DNA of 62,073 nt, the filler included, from Choristocarpus tenellus KU-1152 (lineage: Eukaryota > Protista > Phaeophyceae): assembly GCA_964200185.2 (NCBI GenBank). It is 11 parts of 11 records of this genome, joined end to end, with 100 filler letters (N's around TTAATTAATTAA, not from the genome) between each part and the next. Parts side by side here need not be neighbours in the genome. Positions count along the whole stretch, not along the records: positions 33,892 to 37,494 come from CAXNAD020019006.1; positions 37,595 to 51,534 come from CAXNAD020001318.1; 9 more parts are not named here. The stretch is one strand, 5' to 3'. Below, piece after piece: positions 36,905 to 49,974 of the stretch. The notes beneath the pieces were generated by a model. That model did no database searches, was not told the DNA's origin, and was given only the letters and a program-made list of their open reading frames with translations. The first letter of the stretch is position 1. Every line of letters begins with the position of its first letter. The position numbers and the translations under genes were made by a program.

Positions 36905-37854
36905 CATCAATTACATCAAACGAAATGCTCCTGACAACGGAAACAATAATTGATGAGCAGACATCGAAATAATACACTCTACTTTGAGGAGATTGTTGAT
37001 CTTACCCAAATCCTCAAGTAGGGAAATCCATCTTCCCAGAAAGAATCCTGCTTCTTAGTTGGGGGGTGCACAATCATGTTTGAGGGTGTGCTTGGCGTCT
37101 CCATATATCCGTTGTCTCAGTGTTGGAGAATTCTTGACAAGGTAGGTCGGAATGATTTCGTTTTATATCCTTTGTTCATTTTCCTTCTTCTCTTCCTCTT
37201 ATGTTTTTTGGGTGTTGGTGTTCTCTCCTGCAGGTTCTGTTCTTCCTTTTCTTTCTTTGCATTTTCTTCTGTGATCCTTGTTCCCCTTCCTCAAGCAACG
37301 GATATTGCCTTCTTTAAACTGCCTCTTTCACCAGCGGCAGGTGATCCCTTAGACAAATGGAATGGAATTGATAGTGAGTTTTCTGAATCTACAACTAACA
37401 GGTCTTTCTCAAAATTGAGGATGGTGCAGGACTATGAGGATGGTTGTTTTGCGAAAACAAAAATAAAAAAGTACCCTGAGGTGTTTTTTTTCTCNNNNNN
37501 NNNNNNNNNNNNNNNNNNNNNNNNNNNNNNNNNNNNNNTTAATTAATTAANNNNNNNNNNNNNNNNNNNNNNNNNNNNNNNNNNNNNNNNNNNNCACTTC
37601 TTGCAAGATGCCGTACATTCCCTTTTGTTCCTGGACTTAGGGCTGGACGTATAAAATTGATTAAGGCTTTCTCCCAGCCTGCATTCATTCGAGAAATCAA
37701 TACAATTTTCGATCAACTCAACCCTGTCCTCCCTCGTCCTTGCACTGATGATAAAATATCACCCATCCAGGAAACACGGACAACGACCATTGCCGGGGAT
37801 CAGCGAGGAAATGCGATAGTAAAGGCTCTAACACTGCCAATCCTGCACGTGTGA

Positions 37855-38230
37855 ATGAATGACGGGAAAGACTGTCGTCAAACGGCGCTCGAGATGGCAG
37901 CAGGATATGCGACGGTCAGGCCGGAAACTGTGAGTGAGCGGGAGAGAGACTTTCTAACTAAGGGCCATATCAAGGTGTCGGAGCAAGGGCGCAACGAGAG
38001 GCGTTTCGTCCTGGGCCTCGACGAGGAAATCCTTGCCGAGGTCAAAGAGTGGGCTCGCGAACACACAGGAAGAAAGGGCGGGGAGGCTTTTTTCCCACCT
38101 AAGCCCTATGCTTTCATCAAGTACATCTGTTGCCACTCTTGGTGACACAGTCCGGGGTTCGAACCCCAATATAAGCTCTTTTTCTTCAAAACATTACAAA
38201 ATGGCGAGAAAAGAAACGAAGCCCATGCTC
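37855..38230 (+). mobile_element. Possible Tc1/IS630-like transposase N-terminal remnant
   Basis: 'ERDFLTKGHIKVSEQGRNERRFVLGLDEEILAEVKEWAREH' resembles the 'F..G...S.RG.H....L.DED......WLR' segment of fungal/oomycete DDE elements. No introns; the frame breaks. Confidence 0.35.
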
Positions 38231-39299
38231 TGGAGGGCCTTGTGACAAGCATCACGAATATGCTTTTATTTTTTTAATCTGATGTCTACATCAAAATTCA
38301 TGACGGGACAGCCCCAGAGGGCGAAGCTATTAGTAACACTATACAGAAATGTACTATCTTCATCGAGGGTACCTCAAGTTTCCTACGAGGTACTCATACA
38401 ACCGATATTGTTCTTGTGGACGAAATATGGCGAGCTTCTTACATCAATGATTCAGACATATCTTGTAAGTAAATGGGCCTCCTTCAATTCACACATCCAT
38501 GAAAAACACATTTTCCATGTATTTGCTTGCTCATACCAATGTAGGTGTCACCAAGCCTGTCCTGTCTACATAACATGCTCATTGGTGCTGTGTCCTGAAG
38601 AAGAGAGGTGGCCACAAAATGGGGCATATTTTGCTTTGCACAGAAGGACAAGTTGGCATAAACGTCTTTACTTGGCAGTGCCTAAAATCAACTACAAAAA
38701 TGCAGAGTCCCAGGCTGCTCTGAAGGGCAAGGGGCTGACCAGTATAGTGTCCTATAGAGCAAGTATCCTGTCGAGTCTTAACTCAAAGCAATGTAAGGTT
38801 ATGGCCCTCTTCATTTGACTATAGAAACTCACCTGTGAATTTGTGCAGAAAAATATGCTGAAGAACGTACAAGGTGCATCATGAGTCAACGATTTGAAGA
38901 TGCACATGTTCCGCTTTATAGTTTGAGATCATGCACAGCACTACTATTAATACTTGTACTCTCTTGGTGTTCTGCACCTCTTTGTAGAGTGTACGCTTTG
39001 GTATACTGTCAGAGGAACAGTAGGATTACTCCTGTAATACTTGTACCAGGTACCTGCTCAAGGTGATAATGCCACCAGGAATCAGTTGAGTATTCCAGAA
39101 TACTCCACATCAACCATTCAATGCTTACACTGACCGTCTGATATACTTGGAAGAAATAACAAATGTCAGCTTGGTTGATGTTGCGGGCTACAAGCTGGCA
39201 TCTAGGCTACAAGAAAATTTCAAGAATGCATGCAATCAATATAGCATCTCTCCTAGTGTGCACCATTCAGTAACAAAATACTACCCTTCAAATGTGGAG

Positions 39300-39960
39300 T
39301 CCTTCAATATGTGGTGATTTTCCTGCTAGAAGTATAGTTTACACCGTACAATAATGCGGTGCCCTCATTAGGGGCAAAATCATGGGTCCACAGAGCGTAT
39401 TGTGGTCCAGAGTACAGGCAAAGCGCAGTTCGTAGAGTGTTACAGATATTATCCCAGACTGGACCATGACCCAAGACACATTGCGCAGGATGTAGCGTAG
39501 TTCAAGTGATTGGTCCCAAGTGCTCTGAACCAACAAGGTACAACAGGTTGGAATCATGTACAGACTTCATATAGACGCTCAAGAGCAATAAGCAGCAAAA
39601 TAAAATAGTTCCCACCACCTCAGAAGGTAAGGGCATACTTGCTCACGCTACAACTACATGCGTAACCAGATCAAGCATTGGAGGACATGCTAGTCTCTGT
39701 TGCAACACCTGCTCTCAAGTTCACTTGCACAGACACATGGTGGCAAGGATCTACAAGGATCTCAAGTTTTTACAATCATGAAGGACATTGGTCCTTCAGT
39801 ATGACTGCTCTCGGGCATTGGCAGCATAAAACCTTCCCATACATGTTTTGCTATCCAGATAGTTTGCTTGAGTACAGGCCGTTGAGATGATTCCTACGCA
39901 TGTATGAGTTTCATTGATGAAAAAGTGGGCAGGTGGGTATGGGATGTTGACATGGATAGG
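39300..39960 (-). mobile_element. Degenerate Gypsy integrase remnant
   Basis: 'QSTWDQSLELRYILRN...VTLYELRFA' resembles WD..L..V.FA.N...TG.SPYEL.FG; a degenerate CxxC lies upstream. Confidence 0.4.
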
Positions 39961-40244
39961 GTTCCTGGGTGTAAGAGTCAATTAAGATTTTGAGAAAAAG
40001 AATGCCAACATGATTTACACATTCATCAAGGCATGCTCATTGCAGACAGCATACCATTACATTTCCTCCTGCTGAGCCCACCCTCCCCATATTACCTCGT
40101 CGCACAAGTCCCCAAGGTAGCCCCGCCCAGTCACTAAACTTAACTGAGGTATCTCAAACTATTCACAAACACTTCAAACAGGCTACAACCACTATGCTAG
40201 GTACTGTCGTCTGCACCTACATAGTACAACAGATCTACATGCGA

Positions 40245-43093
40245 TCAATCCTCCCCATCCTCCCAGAAGTGGAGGGATTTCCTCTTCTCCTGAAGTTCCT
40301 CATTCCTTCTCTTTTGATCAAGCAGCTGTGATATCAAATGGTGGAATGGGGAAGGGGAGGCAAACACAAGTGAGCGGAAGGGATTTCACCACTGACCAGC
40401 AACTGACTGTTCTTGAAAGTAAGAGACTATATTTCTCATCAACTCAAACACACAACAAACAGATAATGTACACAATGAACTGTTCAATATGGACAAAAAG
40501 GTGCTCACATCCATCATGCAACAATCAAGCACTAAACACTGAATATCAATCAGAAAATCCAACACTATAACCCAACCCCCATTCTGTTCCCTCAACCCTT
40601 TGCAATCAAATCCTCGGAACCTCCCCAATAACACCACTGAAACTCTCACACCCAGCTTCCCGAAAACACCAAATAGGTGGGGACACACAATCACGCATGC
40701 ATGAACCACCAACAGTGTCCGTTTGTTCCAGGGATCTACACAATTCCACTTTCATTTGGTTTCACGGTGTGGAGGACTGTCAAACCATATGTGATGGTAT
40801 ACGTAATTGTGAGATATGCTGACACCACAACAAAATACCAACGTTGTCTTCGCCACAGTAATAATCAGTTGAACGCAAAATTTCTCCGGTACAGTACAAC
40901 TTTGCAAAAAAAAAAAAGCACAGAAAGAATTTTACTTGCGGTGAGATACGTTATTAAGTGCGATTGGAGTTTTCCGCTTTTGACAGCACAGGTACGGCTG
41001 CAACTCTCTTCACTACAGTCAATCACGACAACAACAGCAAGACCCTTCTACAACTGTGAATGGAAACAATGGATGGCCAGTAAGCCGTTCCTGTGAGGAG
41101 TACCATGCAGGGACACAAACCACAACAATAGCAGAGCCAAGGCACATATATCGCTTAGGTTTCAATATAGTGTGGTACAATAGTACCAGGATGGGCATTG
41201 AGCCTTAAAGATTTAACTACTATTAATTAAATAAAGGGAGTGTTAGGGACCTACAATTTCTTCATCCAAAACACACAAGATTTCATGCAATACAAAAGCA
41301 CTACCTTCAGTACTCTGTAAAATATCAGTGGTCAAAATAAGTATAGGAGTATGGCACCATAAAGTATAGTGACCTGTGATATTTTGCTGATGTGTCAGGG
41401 AAGATAGATAAGAGTTGCCACATTTTTATTGTTTTTTTTAATGGTAAGTGCACCCCAACACAGGAAAGTTATGCTACACCCACGGTATTGGAACAACTGG
41501 ACGGCACAGTACAGTAGGGTGAAACACAAACGTAGGAATCCATGGTACGGTTGGGGAATTATGAAGGGTTATGTACAATTTTCCAATATCTCTGCAAGTA
41601 CCAACAGTGGGGTCTAGATTGCCAATGGTAGGGTTGAGGTATAGGCTAACTGTGGACATTTTTCCTAACCTTAACCACAACTGTGAAAAATCACCCTGTG
41701 ATTCTTAGGGCTGTATTTCTACCTGTGTAGATTCCTGGTTTGTCTTACATATCAATCACATATGTCTGTTGACTGCGCTCATTCAGACAAGATGCATCGC
41801 CTAAAACAAGACCAATACAAGCATGCAGCTATTTGCATACTCTCCTATCTCACCGCGTTAGTGACGACATGCAGGCACTTGAAGTATTCTTCACGAAGAG
41901 GGTAGCACACAGATGACACCTCAGCCTCATTCTGATGTCAGTAGTCAGTCCGATATTTTGGAAGGGGTGCATGTTTGGAGGGGGGGGCGAATCGTACATA
42001 AGCAATTCCGGCATACATTTCATGTTTGGTTAGATAAGAACCGCAAAGGCACCTTAAAATTATACTTCATACATTGACAAGTTGAAGTCCACGTGTGTAA
42101 GGTCTTGCACGTCTCCATACCTGGTGCACCAATTGATAGAAGAGTTAAGGGGGTTGATTTCCACCCTCCTGTCCGCATGGGTTGGTTTAGCAAAGAAGTG
42201 CAATGTACAGCAGATTTGAAATTTCGAGTCTGGGCAAAATTTCAAGATCGCCAGCTGCACAAAGTGAAGAAGTCGCAGAGGAAAACCAAAGATAAATTGC
42301 CCTTTTGTTCAACGCTAATCGGCCACAAATGAAACACAAAAGTTAACGGAAAATACGCGTTAAATCTGCTACAAAAAACACATGTAAGGAGTAAAGGGTT
42401 GAATGAGGAAGCCATAGTAGTCAAAGTAGCACCTAACCAGTGAGTGGCACAGTTATGTGCGTAAATTGTGTTGTAGTAGCCACATTATTTCCACAATCAC
42501 GTGGTAACAGCAGCTTGTCCTGCTACGGTGTCTCTGGGGAGATATTGTACTTTCTCTCTGTTTATCAAGTATTTATTTCGCGCAACAAACTACGATACAT
42601 CGGAGTGCTGGTGTTGAGACATGACGGCGACGGACAGTACATTGGTTGGGGCAGATACTAAACTTGCTCTAGACCATAATCGGGTCTCAGTATCAGCATG
42701 AAAAACAACCTGCATTGTGGAAGGACCGACGTCTACAAGTATTCAATATTTTCAGGATCACCCTAACCATGCAATGCATAAATTTGATGCTGGCAGGATC
42801 AAGGTTAAACGAATATATGAGGGGGCTGGCTTGAGACCATTCCAACCCTACTCCCTTGTCCCTAAAACAGGTATCCATTAAGCCAAAGAAAGATTGCTAG
42901 GTAAAGAGACAACCACAACAAAGAGCTTTCAGCCGGTTCATAAAACCGATTTCCGTCATCACCGACCCAAAATGGACTAACAAAAGTCGACCTCAGGAGA
43001 AACAGTCTCCCAACAATTTACCATGCATTTCTCGAAAGTTGCGAATGAGGGGTAGCACCGCCCCTGTCCCTTCGATCCAAAACCAGAAGCCAT
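40245..43093 (-). CDS. NDUFS5: NADH:ubiquinone oxidoreductase 15-kDa subunit (NDUFS5-like, twin CX9C), 3 exons, 76 aa
   Basis: Exons: 43093-43022 (MASGFGSKGQGRCYPSFATFEKCM), 41931-41854 (NEAEVSSVCYPLREEYFKCLHVVTNA), 40325-40245 (LLDQKRRNEELQEKRKSLHFWEDGED*). Matches the MASGxG...GRCY...F..C / C..LREDY.ECLH signature. All junctions are phase 0. Confidence 0.88.
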
Positions 43094-45172
43094 CGATTCC
43101 CAACCTTCTCGATCTATTCCTTTGTGGACAAGGCTTGATTGCCCACTCTGTTACTAAAGTCGTTTGCTATTGTTGTGGTAACTATGGAAAGTACATAATA
43201 TTATACCAATCAATCAATTCCCTAACCCTAAACTTCTCAATTCCAACAGGGAATTAATTGACATGGTGTGAGTATACTGGTCTGTTGGGTAAGTTGACCG
43301 CGTCGTATCTGACGTGACTAACAGGTCAGGTAGTAGGGAAGCTTTGAGAGGTGAGGAATTGCATTCTTGTCGCCTAAGTATCAAATAGTGATGTCGTGGT
43401 AGGGGATGTGAGCTCTTGCGCACTGTTTCACTTTCCCAACATTGGAGACTATTTGCACAGTCCCAGCCCAGTAGTCCCTGAGTCCCCTTGCCTTCTTTCT
43501 TTAGCTAGTGTGCTATAGAAATTAGGTGAAATGTAGATTCCATGCCGACTGCAGGTAATGTAAATACGGGTGTGCGGGGTCTGATTACCACCTATCAGTA
43601 CGGAGGTGAATTGGGAGTGATAGTGCGAAATGCTAAATGTGGTTGAAGGGTCAAATATTGTAGCGTGGAAGGAGCATACTGGACAAGTACTATTCGAGAA
43701 CCATGGAGCGACTCACTACCGGGAATCCCCCGTTCAAAGTTGTGTAGTGATTGTAGAGACCACGAATTGAAGGAAATCTCCTGTTTGTAACTGTGCAATA
43801 TAAAGTTTTGGGTTTGCATAGTAAATACATGGGCTTGACTCTACTCCAATTTCAATCCCCGTTTGCTCCTGCACATTCGAGATTGGTAACATACGGAGAA
43901 GCATGCTGTGCAAAGCCCCTTACTCCGATAGGGGTTTTGCACCCACCTCGAGAGGAGTATTTGTGGTGACCCCCACTCAAGTGAGGATCACCCCTCACTT
44001 GATCCCCTTTTAAACAGGTCGTATTCTACGATTACCTTCATACCATGTACCTTGCTGCAAAATCATCCTCGCTGCCGTAGTTCTGAATGTGTTATCTTTA
44101 CCCTACACCCCCCTCTTCTCCACCCACCCCCACCCCTCCCCTACACCTACAAGTAACCCCTCCTAGGCCACAAGGGGCGCAAATATGGGAGGCGGACGTC
44201 ACTTCCACTATCCAAAATATGTGTGGTCACCCTCGGGCGGATGGTGGAATAACCCAGCAAACTGGAGGCAGAACACCGTTGTGGCCTTCCTCTGCATAGG
44301 TGTCACATGCGCGGGTATCTTCAAGATCTCTACTGACAAAGAGGTGTGACCTGCGCCACCTACATTGGCCCTCAGTTCCATATTTGTAGTATATAACAAA
44401 AGTAGCACTTTTTAGAGTGTGACGGCTATTCCACGATGTGTAGTGCTCTTTGCCCACTCTCCCCTCCCTTCCACAAGAAATTTACAAGCAATTGTTACGT
44501 ACAGCCCCCTCATCTTGGAACTAGTTATTTTGTCTGCCTGCCTACACTTTACTGATGTACAGCAAATCTTGGTGGGTTCAATTGGGTCATTTTTGCTTCT
44601 CTGGAGTATGTATTGTATATCGGTTGGTTTGCCAACTTTATTGTTGCTTTTGATTGGCTGAGCCCTTGACCAATTGGATACATTTTGGGAACTTTTTTTT
44701 TTCCGCTTTGGGCCTGATGATGCAACCAACAAGAAAAAAATATCTGGGGCACGGTCCATAAGAAGTAGTCCCAAATGAAAATGTGAGGAGGCATTTTAAT
44801 TGTCAGTTTAACATCCCTTACTGAATTGCCAATGTGTTTCTTGAATGTTTAACTTACACACTGATAAATTAAGATCTAGGCCTCACTTTTCTGGTTGGTG
44901 AAACATCAAACTCGAGTTGCCATATGAACCAGCTCCACCCAATGGGCTCGAAGCTAACCAGCTGAATCGATAAGAACATGTTCAAAAGTGTTCTGAAAGT
45001 GGTCTGCATCATTAGTCAAATTGAATTTCCTTTTATTATTTTTGTTCTTTTTTCTCGTATCTAGTGTACTTAGTGTATTTAGTGTACATAATACCACTGC
45101 TGCTACTGTCTCGTTTCTGCCTTGCCTTGGACTGGCTAAGAATCGGCATGTCTGAGGTGCTGGCTACCTAGT

Positions 45173-45354
45173 GGCTCAAAATATCTGGGGGGGGCGGTGG
45201 CTGTCGATTTGGGGCCAATTTTTTTATGTCGCAATTTTTGTGTGATTTGGTTGTATACGTCGGATGGATAATTTAAGTGCACTTTTCCTGGTTCTGGCCC
45301 AAATGGACACTCTGGTGCAGACCCCCCCCTCCCCCAGATCAGATACTTTGGGTC
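45173..45354 (+). mobile_element. MITE family A, full-length copy
   Basis: GGCTCAAAATATCTG...CAGATACTTTGGGTC flanked by AGT/AGT. Confidence 0.9.
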
Positions 45355-46124
45355 AGTATTACTTGGCATATGGTCGTTGGAGACACTTCGTGTCGAGAGT
45401 GATCACAGTACTCAATTGCTGTGTTTGTATTTTTGTTGAGCTATTGCACTTGAGTTTTGAGGTTTCAAGTTGTATCGTTGTTTACTATTGAGGCAGAAGA
45501 GGAAGATTGCCTGTGCATCAGCAATAAGAGGAGAAAAAGTTTAAAGTTGGCAAGCCATTAGCTTTTGGATGATGACTTACTCAACAGATTTCACTTCCCG
45601 TCCACCTTGAGAGTACCTCAAGTTGAGGGTAGTTTGTCCAGGCAGTAAATGCAGTACTTTGAAATATGGGGGGCGCCAACAACGGCGGATCGTTAGCAAT
45701 TTTATTCTGCATCACCTGTTTGTTTTTTTCTTTGCATATTGTGATGATTTGAATCGTATCAATGTGTTTATTTATAGAACATCTGTAGTCAAATCGTGCT
45801 TAAAACTTGTTAGGGTTAGGGTTAGGGTTAACCGACTGCTGATCGTGTGTACAGCGCTACGTAGACCACTTGAATCTTGCTGGTGGATCTCCGTGCACAC
45901 TTGTATTGAATCAGGTTGATTCAACTGTTTTGGTCAATCGATTGATGGAACGATTTCTTGTGAGCTCTTTTTATTCGCAGCACCACATTACTGTTACCCT
46001 TTTTTGCTTTCACCTCTCTGATGGCGTTGTGGGCCAAAAAATGTGAGTAATATTCCTGTAAAAATCGAGGGAGAACGCCAGTACATGCGTCCGTGTCCGA
46101 ATCCATCCAGTTGGTCCGCAAGAA

Positions 46125-46772
46125 ATGAAATCTGGAAGAGATGGAACTGTATTCCCTAACCCCAGGCCAAGACGCAAATCTCGAAAAGGTAAGGATTGGG
46201 TTCCTTTCGATCTCTTTCAGATGACAATTCTATTGATTGTTGGGTTGGGTGATGGAACTGGTTCTATCGGGCTCACTGATTTTCCCTGAGTCTAGGAAGC
46301 TTTGATTCAGAACTTTTTTTTATTTTCCTTTGATGTTTATTAAGAAGAATGTGGCAAGAGAGGAGTGTGCTGGTGTACCACAGACTTGAGACTTCTATAG
46401 CTCAATTGGAGAAGTCTGAGGACATCGCCAAAGGTACCGTGTGGCAAGTACGTAAGTGAAGAAAGTTCTAGAAAGTTTTTTTTTTCCAACGTGCTGAAAA
46501 AAAAAAATTACAACGCGCACAGATCCGACAATAATTTGTGGAGGATATATTTTTTTTTTGCGAGGGTTAATTTTATTGTTAAATTTTATTATCCTGTATG
46601 AATGACAACACATCTAACAGATTTTCCAACCTTTTTTTTCCAATCCTGCACCTTTTTATTTTTTCGGTTACCTCGTCTTTTTATTTTTTCAGCGCCGGCC
46701 TATTGCACCACACTTTCCCATTCCTTCGCAGCGGTGGTGCAAACATGCCAAGGAGGACGATCCCTCACTGGA
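46125..46772 (+). CDS. Hypothetical gene, short 5' exons, reading frame ambiguous
   Basis: Exon-like segments 46125/46141-46188 (|gtaagg), 46401-46451 (|gtaagt) and 46732-46772, in T-rich intron-like context. Two frames are open and no homology was recognised. Confidence 0.35.
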
Positions 46773-48319
46773 GTGAATTCTTCCTTTTCAACTTTTTGAG
46801 AGTTGCTGCGCCATGTAGTCCTTACCTCCTGTTTTGGATTAAAGGCAGTGATTAAAGGGTACATTTAGAAATGTGCAAGAAATAAGATGTGCTGATATAG
46901 GTTTGTATGTCTGCATTTGTTAGGAGGCTAGGGCATGTACTGCTGCCAGAGCTCTGCCCCTGGCCTACCTCTCATACTCCTGCAGCTGCACCTGGGGTGC
47001 CCTCTCCTGCCTCAGCATTTGGGCTTGAGGCTTTTGTTGTATGTAGGAGTGAATATATTTTGGCACATCTTTTGTTTTGTGTGTTATTTGACCTTTTTTG
47101 AAGTCATGTGCACGCTTTGTCGTTCATTATGGTGCTGGAGGGGGTGACTTCAACTTCAGGCAGAAATCGTGATTTTGTGGGGGCAAAGTTAAGGGCTGCA
47201 GTGAATATGGTCTAAGGAGGTTGTTGGCGAGAGTCATTTTAATGAAATGCCTTTGAGTTGTGCAAAGTGAAACAAAGACCTTCAGTTGCAGTCTTCTCTC
47301 AATATTTGTCCCTGGTAATTGTTGTCTTTTGCAAAAGGAGATGAGGAAATGGCTGTGATGGAGTGTACCCTATGAAGCCTGTGGCCTTCAAGTGACTTAG
47401 TTGGATAATGGCTAATATATGGTTGTGATAGGACAGTTGATATTTCTCGATTTTAACCGCAGGTAGGTAATGCTGGGAAAAGATAACTGGGTTCTGATAG
47501 CAATCAACTATCGAACCCATGCATGTTTGCTGATAGTTTGCCAAACAATGAGGTCCCCAGAATGCAAATGCTGAGTTGCAAATCTTGCACAATTGATAAA
47601 TCTGTGCGTGGGAAATTCCGAGGGGAAGTGTCTCTACCTGCTGGAGTGCATGGTACTCCTGGAAACACAATCTGTGGACCCAGACCCATACTATTCATAG
47701 CTCTACTGTAGTACAGCAATTTTAGTCAAAAGGGTCAGTTAATCGGTTACCACAACCTGTTACATTTTTGGTTGCATTTTGCTTTGTTCTATTGTAAAGT
47801 TTCTGTCCAGTTGTTGCAGAGAGAAGCAAAGCTCTAAGGGCGTTTTTTTTTAAGCGATCAGTACTGTGACTCCCAGAATATCTCCATGTCCTGAGGTATG
47901 TTGAATCCGTTTACTCAAATTTCGCATATAGTATGTAGTCATGTGGGCGACAAGAAGTCATATACAGGACAGTACAATATCATTTGAGCCAACTACATTT
48001 TAAGTTTGTAGGGGTAGTGACACAAATCAATAGTTGTAGAAGGCCCTCTATGATGATCATGCTTTGAGTTGTCGCTACCTTTTTGAGTATGGCCAAGTCT
48101 GGTGTGTTGCCCGCCTTGCCTTGTACCTCATTCATTTTTTGCAGAGTATTTTTTTCACCCTCTCTACGTTCCGTGTTTTGTTTTTTCGTTGAAAATGGTG
48201 ATGTGGTGGTTGTTTCTTACCCTAATCGTGAAAAAAAATTGTGGCCTCCATGTTAGCACTTACGACCCTCCAAATCAGACGTTTTAAATATGGCGTACTT
48301 CATAATGATTAGAAAAGGA

Positions 48320-49430
48320 GGTGGAATATATCAAACTCCTTAATGCGTTGATATGGGGCCTCAGGCAACAAGGGTAGTCTGCCGAAGTGTACTGGGTACG
48401 AGTATTGTCAAGAACGTTCTTGAACTCTTGTGCGGAAGAAGCGTCTATTCATGAAGAAAAGTAGTAGAACAATGACTCTTTAATGTCGATATAGCAAAGG
48501 TTCAATTATGGAAAATAGATGGATAAGTTGAACAGTAAGTACATGGAGGTTGGAGTCCAATAAAAAAAGGACTTGTGATGAATGTTCAATGGGTTGTTGG
48601 CTAAAATAGGATGATAACAAGAATGATGTAGCAAGGACAACCCTCCCTATTCCTTCTCTCCAGCTTAGGTAGGATGATCAATAAACAGATATATGTATGT
48701 ATATGCACAAGACCTGGACATCAGTTCCTTTAAGAAGTGTTAAGGCAACTACACGCAAGCGCAGACTCCTATTTGCTGAGTCAGTATCACGCATGGGGAT
48801 GATGTTAAGTATCCCACGCTGGAGCCACGGTTATTTTGATCTATGATGTGCTTTGGCAAGGCAGAGTGTATGGCTTGGTGCAAATATATAGTATTACTAG
48901 TATTAGAAGTGACTTGTGGTCTCAATTCTATTGACTGAACCAGTCAGGGTGAGACAGGTGTAGGGTGTGGTGTGGGAATTGTGATGTCCACATGGGTAAC
49001 CAGAAGAGGATCCTGTCACTGGATCACAAGCTAGATCATGGACAGAGAATCTAATATCAAGTCGCTACAAGAATTGATCCAGAGGTAGAGTAAACTGGAA
49101 AAAAGTGAAAGTACATAATTGTCTCCACCTTTCCGTATCTACTCCACCAGTGATGTCTATAGTGTACCAGGAACACTATTCACCGACACATGAGTGACTT
49201 TCCAAGGTGATGTTGCGGGTGCATTGTGGCTGGAAAACGGAAGCCAGGTAGAACAGGTGGATATACCTCCAAGATAACCTTGAGGAGTTTGGGATAACAG
49301 TTGGAGGTTGGAGCAACAGAGGCACTAACGAACAGAAGTGGTATGGGTGTGTGACTGCTGGCACAAGCTTAATGGCAGAGTGGCATTCCAGGGAAGCTGT
49401 GATAGCTGATGTGCTTCATGCAAATGCAGT
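48320..49430 (+). mobile_element. Degenerate Ty1/Copia RT-RNase H remnant
   Basis: Ordered motifs: 'IKLLNALIWGLRQ' (L.KSLYGLKQ), 'CTRPG' (TRPDI), 'VNWK', 'GDVAGALWL' (EDNQGAI.L), 'IADVL' (ADxLTK). Confidence 0.6.
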
Positions 49431-49715
49431 ACCTGTGGTAGGCTAAATCACCACCACTACTACCACCAACGGCACTATTTGTTGAATGCTGTTTTATTAT
49501 TTTATTCTATTTGGGGGTTATTTCTCGTTCACCCCTTGTTCATTTTCCTCTCTTCTCCTTAGTTATATTTTTTGGGGTGGTAATGCCTTTTCGCCTACCA
49601 GTTGTTTCCTTTTCCATTTTTTTTTCTTCTCTTTTCTTTCTTCTTGCACTGGTTTCCCTTTTCTTTTTATAGTCATTAATTTTCAAATCAGTGTGTGTTG
49701 TTTGGACTACCTTTT

Positions 49716-49974
49716 GAGTGAAAGTATCTTAGAGGGTACGAGTTTTTCCCTGTTTGTCCATTTGGGGCTTGGCTTCCCACGGGGTTTTAATGACATTTTA
49801 CCTACTCCGAAACAATTCGGAGTAGGTAAAACGTATACATTATGAAAAGGTGTGTCCGGAACAAGGATATTGACTTCTCCTAACAAACACGATAGCCAAA
49901 ATTACATCAGAATTGCAACATTGGATTTTGGCCCCCAAATGGACGCGGCTCTATCCTCTAAGATACTTTGACTC
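49716..49974 (+). mobile_element. MITE family B, full-length (259 bp)
   Basis: 20-bp ends GAGTGAAAGTATCTTAGAGG / CCTCTAAGATACTTTGACTC (19/20 match), flanked by TTT(T) on both sides. Subterminal GTCCATTTGGGG/CCCCAAATGGAC and an internal 16-bp hairpin. Confidence 0.9.

Noticed and set aside
36980-37440. Lys/Glu-rich minus-strand frame
   Set aside because: Interrupted by TGA stops with no identifiable family; probably a decayed transposon ORF.
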